Source of the DNA: Negaprion brevirostris
Taxonomy: Eukaryota
Direction of reading: 5' to 3'
DNA length: 64,000 nt
NCBI GenBank assembly: GCA_030324005.1
Contig: JARDVH010000149.1
Location: 21,186,697-21,250,696, forward strand
Below the pieces are notes generated by a model that was not told the origin of the DNA, made no database searches, and saw nothing but the letters and a program-made list of their open reading frames with translations. Position numbers and translations under genes: made by a program. This document shows positions 12,460 to 25,232 of this stretch, piece after piece. How positions within the stretch are numbered: the stretch's first letter is position 1; each line of letters starts with the position of its first letter.

Positions 12460-13675
12460 TTATTAAGCTATCACATCAAAGGTTACTGTAGTAAATAAAA
12501 GCTGATGCAGTGGGGATAACATATTAGCATGGATAAAATATTGGTTAGCTAACATGAAACAGAAAGTAGGTATAAGTGGCTAATTTTCTGTTTGGTGAGA
12601 TGTAACAAGTGGTGTGCCACAGGGATCACCATTTTACAATTTATATAAATGACTTGGAAGAAGATACTGCAGGAGTTTTGGTTGCTATGTTTGCTAATGA
12701 CAAAAAAAATAGGAAAACAAGTTGTGAAGAGGACTTAAGTCTACAAAGGGATATAGTTAAGCGAGTGAACAAAGATCTGGCAAATAGAATATAATTGTGA
12801 AATTGTACTCCATTGTGAGTATAATTGTGAAATTGTCCATTTTGGCAGGAAGAATAAGAAAGAAATATATTATTTAAATGTTGAGATATTACAAGTGAGG
12901 TGTAGACGGATCTGGGTGTCCTAGTGCATGAATCACAAAAGGTTAGTATACAGATACAAATAATTAGGAAAGCTAATAGAGGTTATGCTTCAGTTTTACG
13001 GGGCATTAGTGAGGCCACATCTGGAGTACTGTGTACAGTATTGATCTCCTTATTTAGGGAAGGGTGTAAATGCATTGGAATTGGTTCAGAGAAGGTTTAT
13101 TAGACTAATACTTGGAATGGACCAGTTTTATTTTCTTTGTTCATTTGTGGACATCAATATTGTTGATTGGCCAGCGTTTACTACCCATTCCTAGTTGCCT
13201 TTTGAGCTGAGTGGCTTGCTAGGCCATTTCAGAGGACAGTTGAGAGTCAGCATTTTAAGAGAAAAAGCTTTGGAGTGGTTTGTATCCACTGGAGTTAAGA
13301 AGAGCAAGAAATGACTTGACTGAAACATACAGGATCCTGATGGGTCTTCACTGGATGGATGTGGAGAGGATGCTTCCCTTTATGAGACAATCTAGAGTTA
13401 GGGGTCACTATTTAAAAATAAGGGTCACCCATTTAAGACAGAGTTGAGAATTTTTTCTCTCAGGGTTGAGTGTCCTTTGGACCTTTGCTTCCGCTACCTT
13501 TTGAGGAAGAAAGCCTTTAAACATTTTCAAGGCAAAGGTAAAGATGTTTGATAAACAAGAGCGGGAAAGGTTATTGGAAATAGGTGGGAACGTGAGGTTG
13601 AGGTTACCATCAGATCAGCTATGATCTTATTGAATGGCAGAGCAGGTTTGAAGAACTGAGTGGCCTACTCCGAGA
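12460..13675 (+). mobile_element. CR1 LINE, 5'-truncated (RT C-terminal half plus 3' UTR)
   Basis: VTSGVPQGS, IYINDLE, FAND(DK) and RPHLEYCVQ motifs appear across frameshifts, followed by the standard tail. Homologous to 59525-61112. Confidence 0.9.
13128..13255 (-). mobile_element. SINE 3' tail inserted in the CR1 copy
   Basis: ttggccagcgtttactacccattcctagttgcc resembles the tail at 12160-12205 and interrupts the CR1 sequence. Confidence 0.65.
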
Positions 13676-16600
13676 ATATATTTTGTATGGAATACACACC
13701 GATATCAATTTGCATTGATCATGCAGGGAGTTAATGTTTATATTGGTGGTTTGGGTGCTGATCAAGCAAATGAATGATGTTGAGAGCTTCTTAACTTGGA
13801 ACTGTACTTATCCAATCAATTGGAGAGTATTCCATCACAGTCCTGACTTGTGCTTTGTCGATGGTGAAAAGGCTTTGGGAGTTAGGAGTTGCGTTACCAC
13901 AGAACTTCCAGTCTCTGACTTGCTTTTGCAGCCACAATATTTGTGTGGCTGGTCTAGTTTAGTTTCTGGTCAGTGGTAACCAAGAGGATGTTGATGGTGG
14001 TAGATTTAGTGATGGTAATGGAAGGGCAAGTACAGATGATTTGATTTTCTCATTTAACATGATCATTGCCCGGCACTTGTGTGGCGCAAGTGTTACTTAC
14101 CACTTATCGGCCCAAGCCTGAATGTTGTCCAAATTTGCTGTACACGGACATGGACTGCATAAGTATCTGAGGAGTTGCGAATGGTACTGAACACCATGCA
14201 GTCATCAGCAAACATCCCCTCTTATAATCTTGTGTTGGAGGGAAGGTCATTGATTGAAGCAGATGAACATGGTTCGGTCTAGGACCTTACCCTGAGGAAC
14301 TTCTGCTATAGCGACTTGGGACTGAGATGATCGGCCTATAAGAATTACAAACATCTTTAGTTGTGCTGGCATGACTCCAACCAGTGAAGAGTTTTCTTCC
14401 TAATTCCTATTGCCTTCAATTTTGTTGAGGCTCCTTGGTGCCAATTGGTTAAATGTTTCTTTAATGTCAAGGACAGCCACACAGCACATTCAGTTCTTTT
14501 GTCCAGGTTTGCTTTTGAGCTGAGTTGCCCTGGAGGAACTCAAACGTGCATTAGTAAGCAGGTTATTGTTGCATGAGCCCCACTTGATAGCTTTGTCAAT
14601 AACACCTTCCATCATTTTGCTGATGATGAATGGTAGACTGACAGGGTGGTAGTTGGATGGTTTGGATTTGTGCTGCTTTTTTGTAGACAGCACATGCTGG
14701 TCAATTTTCCACATTCCAGATGTCAATATTACAGCTTACTGGAATAGCCTGGCAACACATCTTCAGTACCAAAGCCAGGATATTGCCTGGGTGAATAGTT
14801 TTTGCTGCATCTCATGTCTTCCATTTCTTGATGATACATGGAGTGAATGAAATTAGCTGAAGACGGGAACTGTGATGCAGGGAACCTGAAGAGGAGGCTG
14901 AGTGGGGTCATCCACGTAGCACTTTTGACTGAAGATGGTGACACATGTTTCAGCTTCATCTTTTGCTCTGACTTGCTAGNNNNNNNNNNATCATTGAGGA
15001 GAGGGATGTTTTTGGTGCCTACTCCTCTGGTTAGTTGTTTAATTGACCACCATCATTCATGACTTAATGTGGCAGGATTGCAGAACTTTGATCTGATTCA
15101 TTGGTTGTTGAATTGCTTAACCCTCTTTTGCATGCTGCTTCAAATTAAGGAATATGGAGATAGTGTGGGAAGGTGAGTTGAGGTAATAGATTAGCTAGGT
15201 TGATCAGATCAGTGGAGTAAGCTCAAACTGCCAGATTGCCCACTCCTGCTCCTATTTCTTATGTACAATTGTACATGGAATCCTAGAAGAAAAGTGCTTA
15301 AAATTATATTTTGGAAATGATCGGAATTATGGTAACAGTTGCTCAAAATGAGAGTGCTACCATTGAGCTAAGGCTACACTTAACCATTTTGTAGGACTGT
15401 GTATTTCAAAGTATGTAAGTATCAAAACACATGTTACATTGGAAGCAGTTAAAATGGATGAGAACATTTCTTCTAATGTCCTGACAATAATATAAGGATT
15501 AGAAATTCAGCATCACTTTTCATACATTTGCTACCAGATTCTCATTATTGATTATTTTAAGAGCAAATTTTGTACAAAGACCTCCTATGAATCTGTCTCA
15601 GCAAGCTTTAACCATTCAACTTGGAACCTTTTTTTTCCCTAAATATGTAGAGGAACATTTTTCCCCCTTTGGAATGAGAGTATTGGGGAAATTGTGATGA
15701 TAATGCAAGAAGAATTAAAATGTATTGAGTTTTATTTTATTATTGGCATGTTAGGATATAAACAGTAAAGCTACAGTTGAAATTTGAGTAACTGTTACCA
15801 TAATTCCAGTCATTTCCACAGCTTAGGAAATAGGAACTTGCTGAATTCAGAGTCGATTTCCCTGCATCTATCAAGGAATATTAAACTGTAGCTGTTTTCA
15901 CATCTCAGAATTGTTACAGTGTAGAAGGAGCCCATTTGGCCCATCATGTCTGCACTGACTGACTGAGCAATTCACTTGGCGCCGCTCTCCCATTTTCTCT
16001 GAACTGCTTTCCTGCTTGTGCAGAATGCTGCATAAATACAAGATGTTCAGTTCAAACACTGTTTTATATTTGTACGACAACCTCGAGTTGGATTGATTTT
16101 AGTTGACGTTTCAGCAATGAGAAATAGTATTAGACCAGTGATCTTTTTGATAGAATAATTTTATTTCTGAAGTTGAATCCATTTACTTCTGGCCTTATTC
16201 TTTACCAACTTGTTTTTGGTCAACAGCAGAATAAAGTTAGCTCCCTTATCACATGTTTCTTGGTCTTTGTGAGTTATTGCAGTTAGCTACTGTATTTTCC
16301 AGTAAGACATGGTTCCAAAGCTTTCTGTTGTATCCTTAGATAATTCGGCACAGTTCTAATTGGAATAAATACCAAAGTTTTTTTTTCCTACTGATGACAT
16401 TCAAGAAACAGGACCAGTCACTGTCATGAATATGTGACAGCGTTCCTCTACTTATTTGGAAAAAGAAAGGTTCCAAGTTGAATAGTTAAAGCTTGCTGAG
16501 GCAGATTCATAGGAGGTCTTTGTACAAAATTTGCTTTTAAAATAATCAGTAATGAAAATTTGGTAGCAAATGTATGAAAAGTGATGCTGAATTTCTAACC

Positions 16601-16729
16601 CTTATGTTATTGTCAGGACATTTGATGAAATGTTTTCATCCATTTTAACTGCTTCCAGTGTAACGTGTTTCTATACTTACGTACTCTGAAATGGTTAAAA
16701 GTTGGTTAAAATCTTCATCTATTGTGTAA

Positions 16730-17160
16730 GTGTAGCCTTGGCTCAGTGGTAGCACACTCATCCCTGAGTCACAACGTTGTGTAATTAAGCTGGATTTTGT
16801 AGAGATATGTGTACATAATTTCGACTAAGACTTTTTCGCTGCAGAACTGAAGGATGATTGGATTGGCAGAGATGCAGTCTTTCAGATCAGATGTGAAGCT
16901 AAAGCCACATCTGCCTTCTTTTGTGGTCATACAAGCTTGCACAGCACTATTTTAGATGAGTAGGGAATTTCTCCTGGTGTTCATGCCAAATTTATCTCTC
17001 AGCTCGCATCGTTAAACAGATTATCTGGTTATTTATCTCATTGCAGTCTGTGGGACTGTGCTGTGTGCACACTGACAGTCACATTTCTGTACATTCCATT
17101 TAGTTGTGTAACACACCATACAACACCGTGAGACTGATGTTTGTTCTTTGCTGAATTACA
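16730..17160 (+). mobile_element. DeuSINE (SacSINE1-like), near full length
   Basis: tRNA-like head tggctcagtggtagcac, then a Deu-domain-like core (gcactatttt...ctcctggtgt...aacagattatctggtt...tgtggga). Confidence 0.7.
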
Positions 17161-18034
17161 AATGTTTAAAAACGTAGGCTAAATCCTTTTTTGATCCAAA
17201 ATTTAAAACACTGTGGTGCATGTTTTATATTTGTAACAATGTGCAAAATATATAACTTTATATTTTTAATTGTTGTATAGTTTATCAATGTGTAATGATC
17301 TAAAGTTGGTTAAATTATTGAAAATATGTTGCCTTGCATGTTTGGAACTTACTGAAATATTTTGTAAAGCTTATGAATACTTTATTGAGATTAACCAATT
17401 TCAGAAGTTATCCATCAATGAATTAATATTCTTGTTTTGTTGTCATGCTTGCAGAATTTAATGTTACTTCAATCCTTTCTCTCACTAGTGCTAATTTGAA
17501 GTGAAAACCAGGCCTTTTATTTAAGCCTCTGAAACTTTTGCAATAAAATGGTAACTTACTGCTTCTGAGCTCTTATATTTCAGTTATTAGATGACTTAGA
17601 AAAATACTAAATTGGCTATCTTTTTCCTCAAAGTTAAATGTGGTGTAACTTCCCTTTCTGCTTAGAATCATAGAATCATACAATGCAGAAGAGGCCCTTC
17701 AGCCCATCGAGTATGCACCGAACACCTGGCTTCCCACTTAATCGCAGCAATACCAGCATAGAATTATAGAATGTGTTTTATCCACAAACCTCTTGAAACA
17801 TTGTCATTCCAAGTCCTTGTGATTTCTCCTAAAGAGTTTGGATTGAATCTTTGTTCTGGGGTTGGGACACTGATGTCTGGTACATTTTTCGATCCTGATT
17901 TTGCATTACACCTGACACCCATAGCAATGTTTTGCAGATGGTTAATTAGTGCCTAAGGAGTGCACGCACCATACAATTAAGGACTGTGGATGAACTCTTG
18001 AGGCCACTAGGAGGCCCTGAGAGATTGATTGGAG

Positions 18035-18300
18035 GGGAGATATGGCGGCATAGCAGTAACATCACTGCGCTAGTAATTCAGACAATCAGACTAATGTTAT
18101 GTGAACATGGGCTCAGATCCCACTTCAAAAGCTGGTGGAATTTGAATTCAATTAGTTAACAAATCTGGAATTGAAAGCTTGCCATGTAATAGTGCCATGA
18201 AAATATCAGCAACAGTTGTAAAAGAACCATCTGGTCATAAAAGTCCTTTCGGGAGGGAAATCTACCCTCTTTACCTGGCCTGTCCTACATGTGGTTTTGC
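18035..18300 (+). mobile_element. tRNA-derived SINE (second family)
   Basis: gctggtggaatttgaattcaa...ccatctggt...gtcctttcgggagggaaatct...tacctggc is the reverse complement of 41757-41875. Confidence 0.7.
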
Positions 18301-18732
18301 CGTTGCCCATATCCCACCAAAAATACATATTTTTAAAATTCTGTTGTCAATGGAGGGAACTGCTGATATATGTAGAAAAGAGAGTGGGTACCTCGAGGTG
18401 GAAGTGCCTGCTGAAGACCTTTGAAAAATTGTCATAGCTGCCAGACAGGTTTAAAAAAAAGACTTCAATTACATAGTGCTTTTCATGACAGCCTGGTGTC
18501 TTGAAGTGATTTACAGCCAATGAAGTACTTTTAACATGTTCTAATGTCGAAACACCTCCGCATAAGCTGCAGCTGAGCCATCTCGTGGTCATGGGGTGAT
18601 GTGGCAAAAATGGTTGCTGGATTGTTCGACTCTCTCCACTGGTCTGCCAGCAGGAGGCCACCCCCTTATCTGGGCTGTGTTTCTTGGTGAGCTTGAGGGT
18701 GTGTGTGTGCAGGGGGGAGAGACCTCCACACT

Positions 18733-21700
18733 TGTGAATTTAGGTTTCAGTAACAGAGAGGTTGATTAAAGTAATTAGGACTTCTATCATTACATAATGA
18801 CCTCAAGGAGATAATTGAGGTTGGTCTCTTGGGGTATGAGCCACCAAAAGGTGCCCCTAATTGAGATAATGATTGCCTGCCCAATCATAGAGTCTCATCG
18901 GTATACATATTGAGGAGTGTCATGCTACTTGCACTCCCTCCAGGTTCTGATATTGCACCTGAATTTTCTCTTAGGGGTGGAATTGAGTTTTTAAATGAAA
19001 GGAATCTGGTAAAGGGACATGAGTCTCTGAGGAGAACAACCCTAAGGAACTTGCTGTGTAACAGCCAGCTTCACTTGGGGTAAGCCATCTTCAGGCATCA
19101 TGCCTGTGCTTGGGAAACTGGACTCTTTTAACCCTGCTGCGGAGTACCGGGCCCAAAACATGGAACGCATGCCTTACTTTTTAGGGCTAACAACATTATC
19201 ACCGATGGAAAGAAATGGGTTGTTCTTCTGTCCGTTTGTGGACTGTCAGCATTTGCTGTTATTCACAGCTTAACTTTCCCAAAGGCACCAGATACCAAAA
19301 CATTCCAGGAATTGGCAGACCTAGTGAAAGAATATTGTGACCCTAAGCCACCTCTGATTGTGTGTAGGTTCCAGTTTTACGCGGTACTCCAGGAGACGGT
19401 GGAATTTGTTACGGGTTTCCCAACAAGGGTGAGGCGACTGGCAGAAGCATGTGGATTTAGGTTGATGTTTAATGAGATGCTTAGACAACATTTAGTATGT
19501 GGAATAAATAACATAACTATCAAAAATGCCTGTTGGCTGAACCCAAATTACTTCAAATAGTGCTACAGCTGCCCTTATCATTGGAAAATGCTGCAAGTGG
19601 GGCATATGAGTTGCAAGGTATCCTGATGAAAGTGGACACCCATGCCAGTTCAACTGAGTTCCACTTGCAGGTGATTACGTAGCCTCCCTCAGGAAGTATC
19701 CATATACAAGTAAATCCAGGTTTGCCCGCAGTACAGCCCCGAAGCAAAGCCAAGCTTTGACTAGGCAGCAATAATCCCTTCAGAATCCTGCTTGGCAAGG
19801 TATTGTAATTATTGCCGGTATGCAGAGTTGGACTAACAAAGTAAGCCTTCAAGACTAGATTTAGGAAAACGACACAGGCCAGTTTCCAGAAGAGTGCACA
19901 CCATGGAAGGTCCATCTACATCTGACTTGGAACAATTAAATTGTGCAGCAATGTCCTGATTGGACCCAATTAAGATAACTGTAAGATTAAATGAACATCC
20001 TGTACTAATGGAGGTCGAAACAGGAGTGGCCAAATCAGTGTTCAGTAAAATTCACACTGGATTCCAAGCCATAACTTTGATCAAGACTGTGAACTCGTAC
20101 AGGGGAGCCCCTGAGTATTGTGGGTACAACATTTTTTCCTGTTTCTTATCAAAGGTGACTGGTTTGGTTACCAGGAATGATAGTGGAGGGCTTGGGCTCA
20201 AGCCTAATGGGGCAAAACCGGTTGAGAGAAATCCACCTGGATTGGATAAACATTTTCCAATTAGAAAATGGTTGCTTGAGTGAAGTCCTGCTCAAATACC
20301 CAGAAGTTTTCCAGGAATGGTTAGGAATCATACTAGGAGCCAAGGCGTCCGTAACATGTTGACCAGGACACAGTCCCGCAATTTTACAAGGCCCACCTGG
20401 TTTCTTTAAGGGAAAAAATGAAACAGAAATGAGAAAACTGAGGCGAGAAGGCATCATAAAACCTATCCAGTTCGTGGAATGCACATCACCAGTTGTGCCT
20501 ATTTTGAAGCCAGATGGTTCAGTCTGTCTTTACGGGGACTTTAAACAAACGATAAACCGTGATTTACAACCGGACAAATACCAGATTCCCTGGATTGAGG
20601 ATTCATATGCACAGTTGGCAGGTGGACTCTTCTGCTTGAAATTAGCTATGAGCTGTCTATTTGCAGTTAGAGCAGGATGAGGATTTGAAGAAATGTTCCA
20701 TGATCAACACTTGAAAGGGCTTCTATCAGTGCGCAAGATTTCCCTTTGGGGTATCGTCTATCTGTTGAACTTCCAGAGAACAATGGAGAACAGGTGGTGA
20801 TTTACCTCTATGACGTTCTCATTACAGGTAAAACAAAGCTGGAGAACCTGAAGGAAGTTGTTTGGCATATGCCACCCCTTGCAAAATGTGTAAGAAGGGG
20901 GTAATGCATCTTCCTGGTACCTCAAGTGACTTATCTGGGCTACAAAGTGGATGTCAAGTCAACATCCTCTGGAGGACCAGGTGCAGGTGATTAAAGACGT
21001 TCCAGCTCCCATGCCCATCCAGCCATTCGAATTGTTTCTCGGGCTAGTATTTATACCAAACCACGCCTCCATCTTGGTTCTGCTACATCAGCTGCTAAAA
21101 AAGGTTCGAGCTTGGGAATGGTCTGCCAGTCAAGACCTGGCTTTAGAGAATAAAGCAAGAGCTGTCATTATCAAATGTCTTGGCACATTACAATCCTAAC
21201 TACAGTACGTCTCCATGCGGCAGGGTATTAACACACGGATGGCCAAATGGAGAGGAATGCCCAAAAGCATCTGCCTCCAGGACCTTGGCCATAGCGCAAA
21301 AAAGGTAAGCCCATGTTGAAAAAGGAGGTTTGGCAGTAACATTTGGAAAAAAAAATTTCCACCAATGCCTTTATGGGCGGAACTTTGTGATCATCACTGA
21401 TCACAAGCTGCTACTGGGGCTACTAAGAGAAGACAAATCGATTCTACTGATCACATCGGCCTGTATCCAGCAATGTGTATTATTATTGACTACCTCCAAC
21501 TATCAATTGGATCACTGACCGGGAGGCTGCGTGGCAAACAGATGCATTGAGTGGGCTGCCTTTGGCAGACACCTCACTGATGGTATCACAAGTAGAAGAG
21601 ATTGTAATAACCATGAATTTTCTCATGTGTCAGGGCTGCTGGTACTCCTGATCCTGATTTTGTAGCTGAAGCACTCTTAGGAGCAGAATTGAGTTTATAA

Positions 21701-21749
21701 ATAAAGGGAATCTTGTGAAGGGACCCAGTATCTGAGGAGCTATTTCACA
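18733..21749 (+). mobile_element. Gypsy/Ty3 LTR retrotransposon (Mag/K02A2.6-like), decayed, integrase region missing
   Basis: gag starts at 19100 (MPVLGKLDSF). Motifs: protease MEVETG; RT PVVPILKPDGSVCLYGDFK and VVIYLYDVLITG; RNase H FHQCLYGRNFVIITDHK. LTR homology between about 18917-19034 and about 21628-21749. Confidence 0.92.
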
Positions 21750-22537
21750 TTCAAAATTTAGTTTCACTTGAATGGGCAAGCTTCAGCTTCTCTGGTTAGT
21801 TTAGTGGGTAACCATCACTGAAGTACAAATGCTGAATTTGTCAGCAAGGTATTTCTATTGTATAGCTTCTGGAGGACCATGTGACTTGAACAGCTGCTCT
21901 GGAAGTTGCTGTCTGGTTTCTTCCTTAATGGTGCACACCATTAGTCTTAAGGTTATTTGTATTGCAAAATATGGTCAAATAATGTTGGAGTTATTAAAAT
22001 GATCAACCTGGTTACTACTGTTTTTGGCCTTTTTAATATTTACCTTCGATGAAGGAATCTCTTGTCCTTGGTGGGTTTGCATATGGTCTTTGTTTGATTT
22101 TTGGCTGTAATTGTGTGTTAATAGCATTTGGAAAGGAGCAACTATCTCTATAAACAAAAGGAGGGCTGTGCTTTTGCCTGTACAATTTTTATCCACTCCG
22201 TCTTAAAATGAATGTCCAAGTTTCCCATTATTCCTTGTATTATATTGCTGTGACAGGTGATGTAAGCTTTGACCAATATTATATTCTGACATTGTTTTTC
22301 TGTAGTTAGACATTGGAACAGCTACACAAGTGGTGAAAGCATGGTTCTACAAATTCTTTCAAAATTTCTGCAGAATGTTTTGCCATTGATTTACCAAATC
22401 TTTGGTCTTGGACATTATTTGAAAGTGCTCTTGAGCAAAAAACAAGACTTTGATCTTGTAGAGCTTTTTACTGAGCCTTGTGGTACTTTGCTTGGAAGAG
22501 CTTGTATGTTTTTGAATCTGTATTGCCTCTCTCCCTA

Positions 22538-22729
22538 GCTTATATCACTCAAAGCTCCCCGCTGTAACCTGTCACCAAAACACTACAACTTGCAACTCAG
22601 CCCAAAACCAACAAATTGCTTATAGCACCAGAAGCTCCCCTCTCTAACCTGTCACCAAAACACTACAACTTGCATTGATATATAGGGAGGGATTTTCCAG
22701 CTGTACTCACCCCAAAACTGACAAATTGC
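22538..22729. repeat. Imperfect tandem duplication, 80-nt period
   Basis: aagctcccc..taacctgtcaccaaaacactacaacttgca occurs at 22552-22594 and 22632-22674. The second copy carries an extra segment of about 30 nt. Confidence 0.9.
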
Positions 22730-22774
22730 ACCCAAGATAACAGAGTATTGCATGGTCCGCCGCTGCTGTGTGGG

Positions 22775-22806
22775 CCCCCCCCCCCCCCGACACACACACA
22801 CACACA
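22775..22806. repeat. Poly-C run followed by (CA)8
   Basis: Directly visible. Confidence 0.9.
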
Positions 22807-22879
22807 CTCTTCAATGTAAAAAAACCCACTCCAGTGTGAAAACAAAAAGGATGCTGGATCAACGAAGAAAATATTAGAA

Positions 22880-23160
22880 GAAGTTGACAAAATTGTGTTC
22901 AAAGAGATAGGTTTTAAGGATGAAAATGAGGGGCAGTAGTTGGGGAGATAGCTGAAAGGAAAGCTAAGAGTCAGACAAATGGCATCTTGAGGGAAAGAGG
23001 AAGTAATGCCTGTAGAACTGGAGGAGCTTACAAACATAGGGAGGGTGATGTCCTTAGCTTTAAACATGAGGATGAGAACTTTTCATTGGAAGTGTTGGAG
23101 GACCCTGGAGACCATGTGGGTGAATGAATGCATGGGTGACATATCAAAAGTGGGCTGTAG
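22880..23160 (-). mobile_element. L2-like LINE fragment
   Basis: caaagagataggttttaagga...ttaaacatgaggatgagaactttt resembles the L2 3' region also seen at about 3600-3690. Confidence 0.5.
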
Positions 23161-23574
23161 TTGTGGGATTAATTCCTTCTACACAAGTATTCAAACTTTT
23201 ATCACTTAGATTCACTATAGGTAATATTTAAATTAGTTTTCTACTCCTCTCGTTCTTCAAAGTGTCCTTAGTTTTATATTCTCATTTTTATAGCTTTAAA
23301 GGCGTAAATTGGCAAAATCATATCCAAACTGCTAGTCTGCTTGGACGATGAAAATATCTGGTTTTTGATTTGATTCTTCACAGTGGCCTTACTTTATGTT
23401 AACTAATCTGGAAGAAACTTCAACATATGCTTCTCTTTTCAGCATTTTCAATATATGTTTGACCATCTTCCCATGAATACCTTAACTGTAATTTATTAAG
23501 TCTGCAACAACTTTATATTCTGTATTGATGTATTCTATATTCTTATGTTGAAATTTGTAATCCAATTTGCCAAG

Positions 23575-23836
23575 GTTTTTTCCACAGTCCATTCCAAACA
23601 CACAACCACTACTTCCTAGAAGGGCAAGAGCATCTGTGAACATCACTGCATGAAAAGTCCCCTCCAAGTTCCCCGCCATATTGACTTGGAAATATATCAC
23701 TGTTTCTTCACTGTTGCTGGGTCAAAATCCGGGAACTCCCTTCCCAGCAGTGGTGGATCTCGCCACCACGTTTTCAAGGGCAGTCAAAGATGGACTTTGC
23801 AGCTGATGCCCATATTCCCTGAATGAATAAAAAAAA
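23575..23836 (+). mobile_element. CR1-like LINE (second family) 3' end
   Basis: tgacttggaaatatatc...gggtcaaaatcc...gatgcccatattccctgaatgaataaaaaaaa is homologous to 3290-3585. Confidence 0.8.
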
Positions 23837-24284
23837 TTAACATCCTTTAATCTAGAATAAGGTACGCTGCCCAGAGTTGTGCTCTAAATGCTTTCAGTAC
23901 AATTTGGACAGTTGATTCTAGTTCCTCTGACTCTTGATTATGTCCAAATCTGTTTTGGTGAGGTAAACTGATTGAAAAATTGGGAAGCCAAATTAGGAAT
24001 AATTTGTGGCCTATGTAACCCATGAAATTAAATTGAAGATACTCCCATGGCCAGGAACGAATTACATTATATGATTAACTCAAAATTATTTTCAGCCTGC
24101 AATGTATTCCTTTGTTTTAATTATTTGAAATAACTGTGGCATTACCCAAAGTGAGATAAAATGTTTGTTTTGACTTTGGCAATTTTTTGTAGTTTCCAAC
24201 ACAGCAGAAGACTCCTATGTGTTTGCTGCATTGATTTTGTACCACATGTATGTGACATCTGAGTTGACAACCTGAGCAAGGTGC

Positions 24285-24456
24285 ATAACATTGGATGTTG
24301 AGGGACAAAGTATGGATGTAACAGTAAAGGTATTAAGGATTAGGATAAGTAGATGGATAAATGGAGCTGAGTCCACGAAGATCAGCCCCGATCTTATTGA
24401 ATGGCAGAGCAGGCTCAAGGGGCCAGACGGCCTACTCCTGCTCCTAGTTCTTATGT
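24285..24456 (+). mobile_element. CR1 LINE 3' end
   Basis: gatcttattgaatggcagagcaggctcaaggggccagacggcctactcctgctcctagttcttatg tail. Confidence 0.85.
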
Positions 24457-24699
24457 AATACTGGTGCCGAAACCAAGATGAAATTAAAGAGAAAGCCGCA
24501 GAATTTTAAGAAATGAGATGAGCTTCCGGCACAAAGTGAAGCTGCAATCAAGGGATAAAGATACAATTAACCAGAAAATGCAACGGAGTAGGAGAAAAAC
24601 AAAGTGGATGTTCAAGAAAAGGCTAAGGAAGTTGGATTTAATACAAAAATATTTGGAAAGACGATGGTACATTGGTGACCTCATTGTGAAGTGCAACTA

Positions 24700-24905
24700 A
24701 AGAAAAACTTGCATTTATATAGCACCTTTTACAAGCATCAGACATTTCAAAATGTCAATGAAGTATCTTTGAATGTGGCAATTTTTGAATGTGAAATATG
24801 GCAGCCAATTTGCATGTAGTCGACCCCCCACAAACAAAAATGTAATAATGACTAGATGGTCTGTTTTTGTGGTGGTGACTGTTGAAAGAAGTTGATAAAA
24901 TATTT
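24700..24905 (-). mobile_element. DeuSINE 3' portion with L2-type tail
   Basis: aacttgcatttatatagcacctttt...ggcagccaatttgc...ccacaaac...aatgactagatggtctgtttt. A related fragment lies at about 18455-18545. Confidence 0.7.
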
Positions 24906-25112
24906 TTAATGGAATTCCTGTGCATACATCAAAACCACTGTATAATTAATATAATTATGTCAAAAAATGAAATATTTATAAATTTTTGATGGCATTAGTT
25001 TGTGGAAAATCTGAGTGGAACTCAGCTATGCTGGTTCAATGACATGATTTGATTAGACATCTTTATCTTATGGTCAGTTGAAAATACACTTCTGCTTTGT
25101 TCTCTTTTTCAG

Positions 25113-25232
25113 CCTTACAGTCAGCCAAGTTGGCCAGAACTTTACATTTGTACTCACTGACATTGACAGCAAGCAGAGGTTTGGATTTTGTCGCTTATCT
25201 TCTGGGGCCAAAACTTGCTTCTGTATCCTAAG
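25113..25232 (+). CDS. DENND1A: DENND1A internal coding exon (120 nt; probably orthologous to human exon 5)
   Basis: Acceptor is ttctctttttcag and donor is ag|gtgaga. Translates (S)LTVSQVGQNFTFVLTDIDSKQRFGFCRLSSGAKTCFCIL(S), the DENN-family FTFVLTD...RFGFCR motif. In frame with the upstream exon (AG+C = Ser). Confidence 0.97.

Larger units (their letters stand above)
12142..15140 (-). mobile_element. CR1-like LINE (second family), decayed and split by a + strand CR1 insertion
   Basis: The minus frame gives KSKPSNYHPVSLPFIISKMMEGVIDKAIK (RT N-terminal NYRPISL motif). The 3' tail is at 12142-12200. Homologous to 61345-63060. Confidence 0.85.

Noticed and set aside
22538-22729. CRISPR-like repeat-spacer pattern
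   Set aside because: Only two units, the intervening sequences are themselves homologous, the context is vertebrate, and there are no cas genes.
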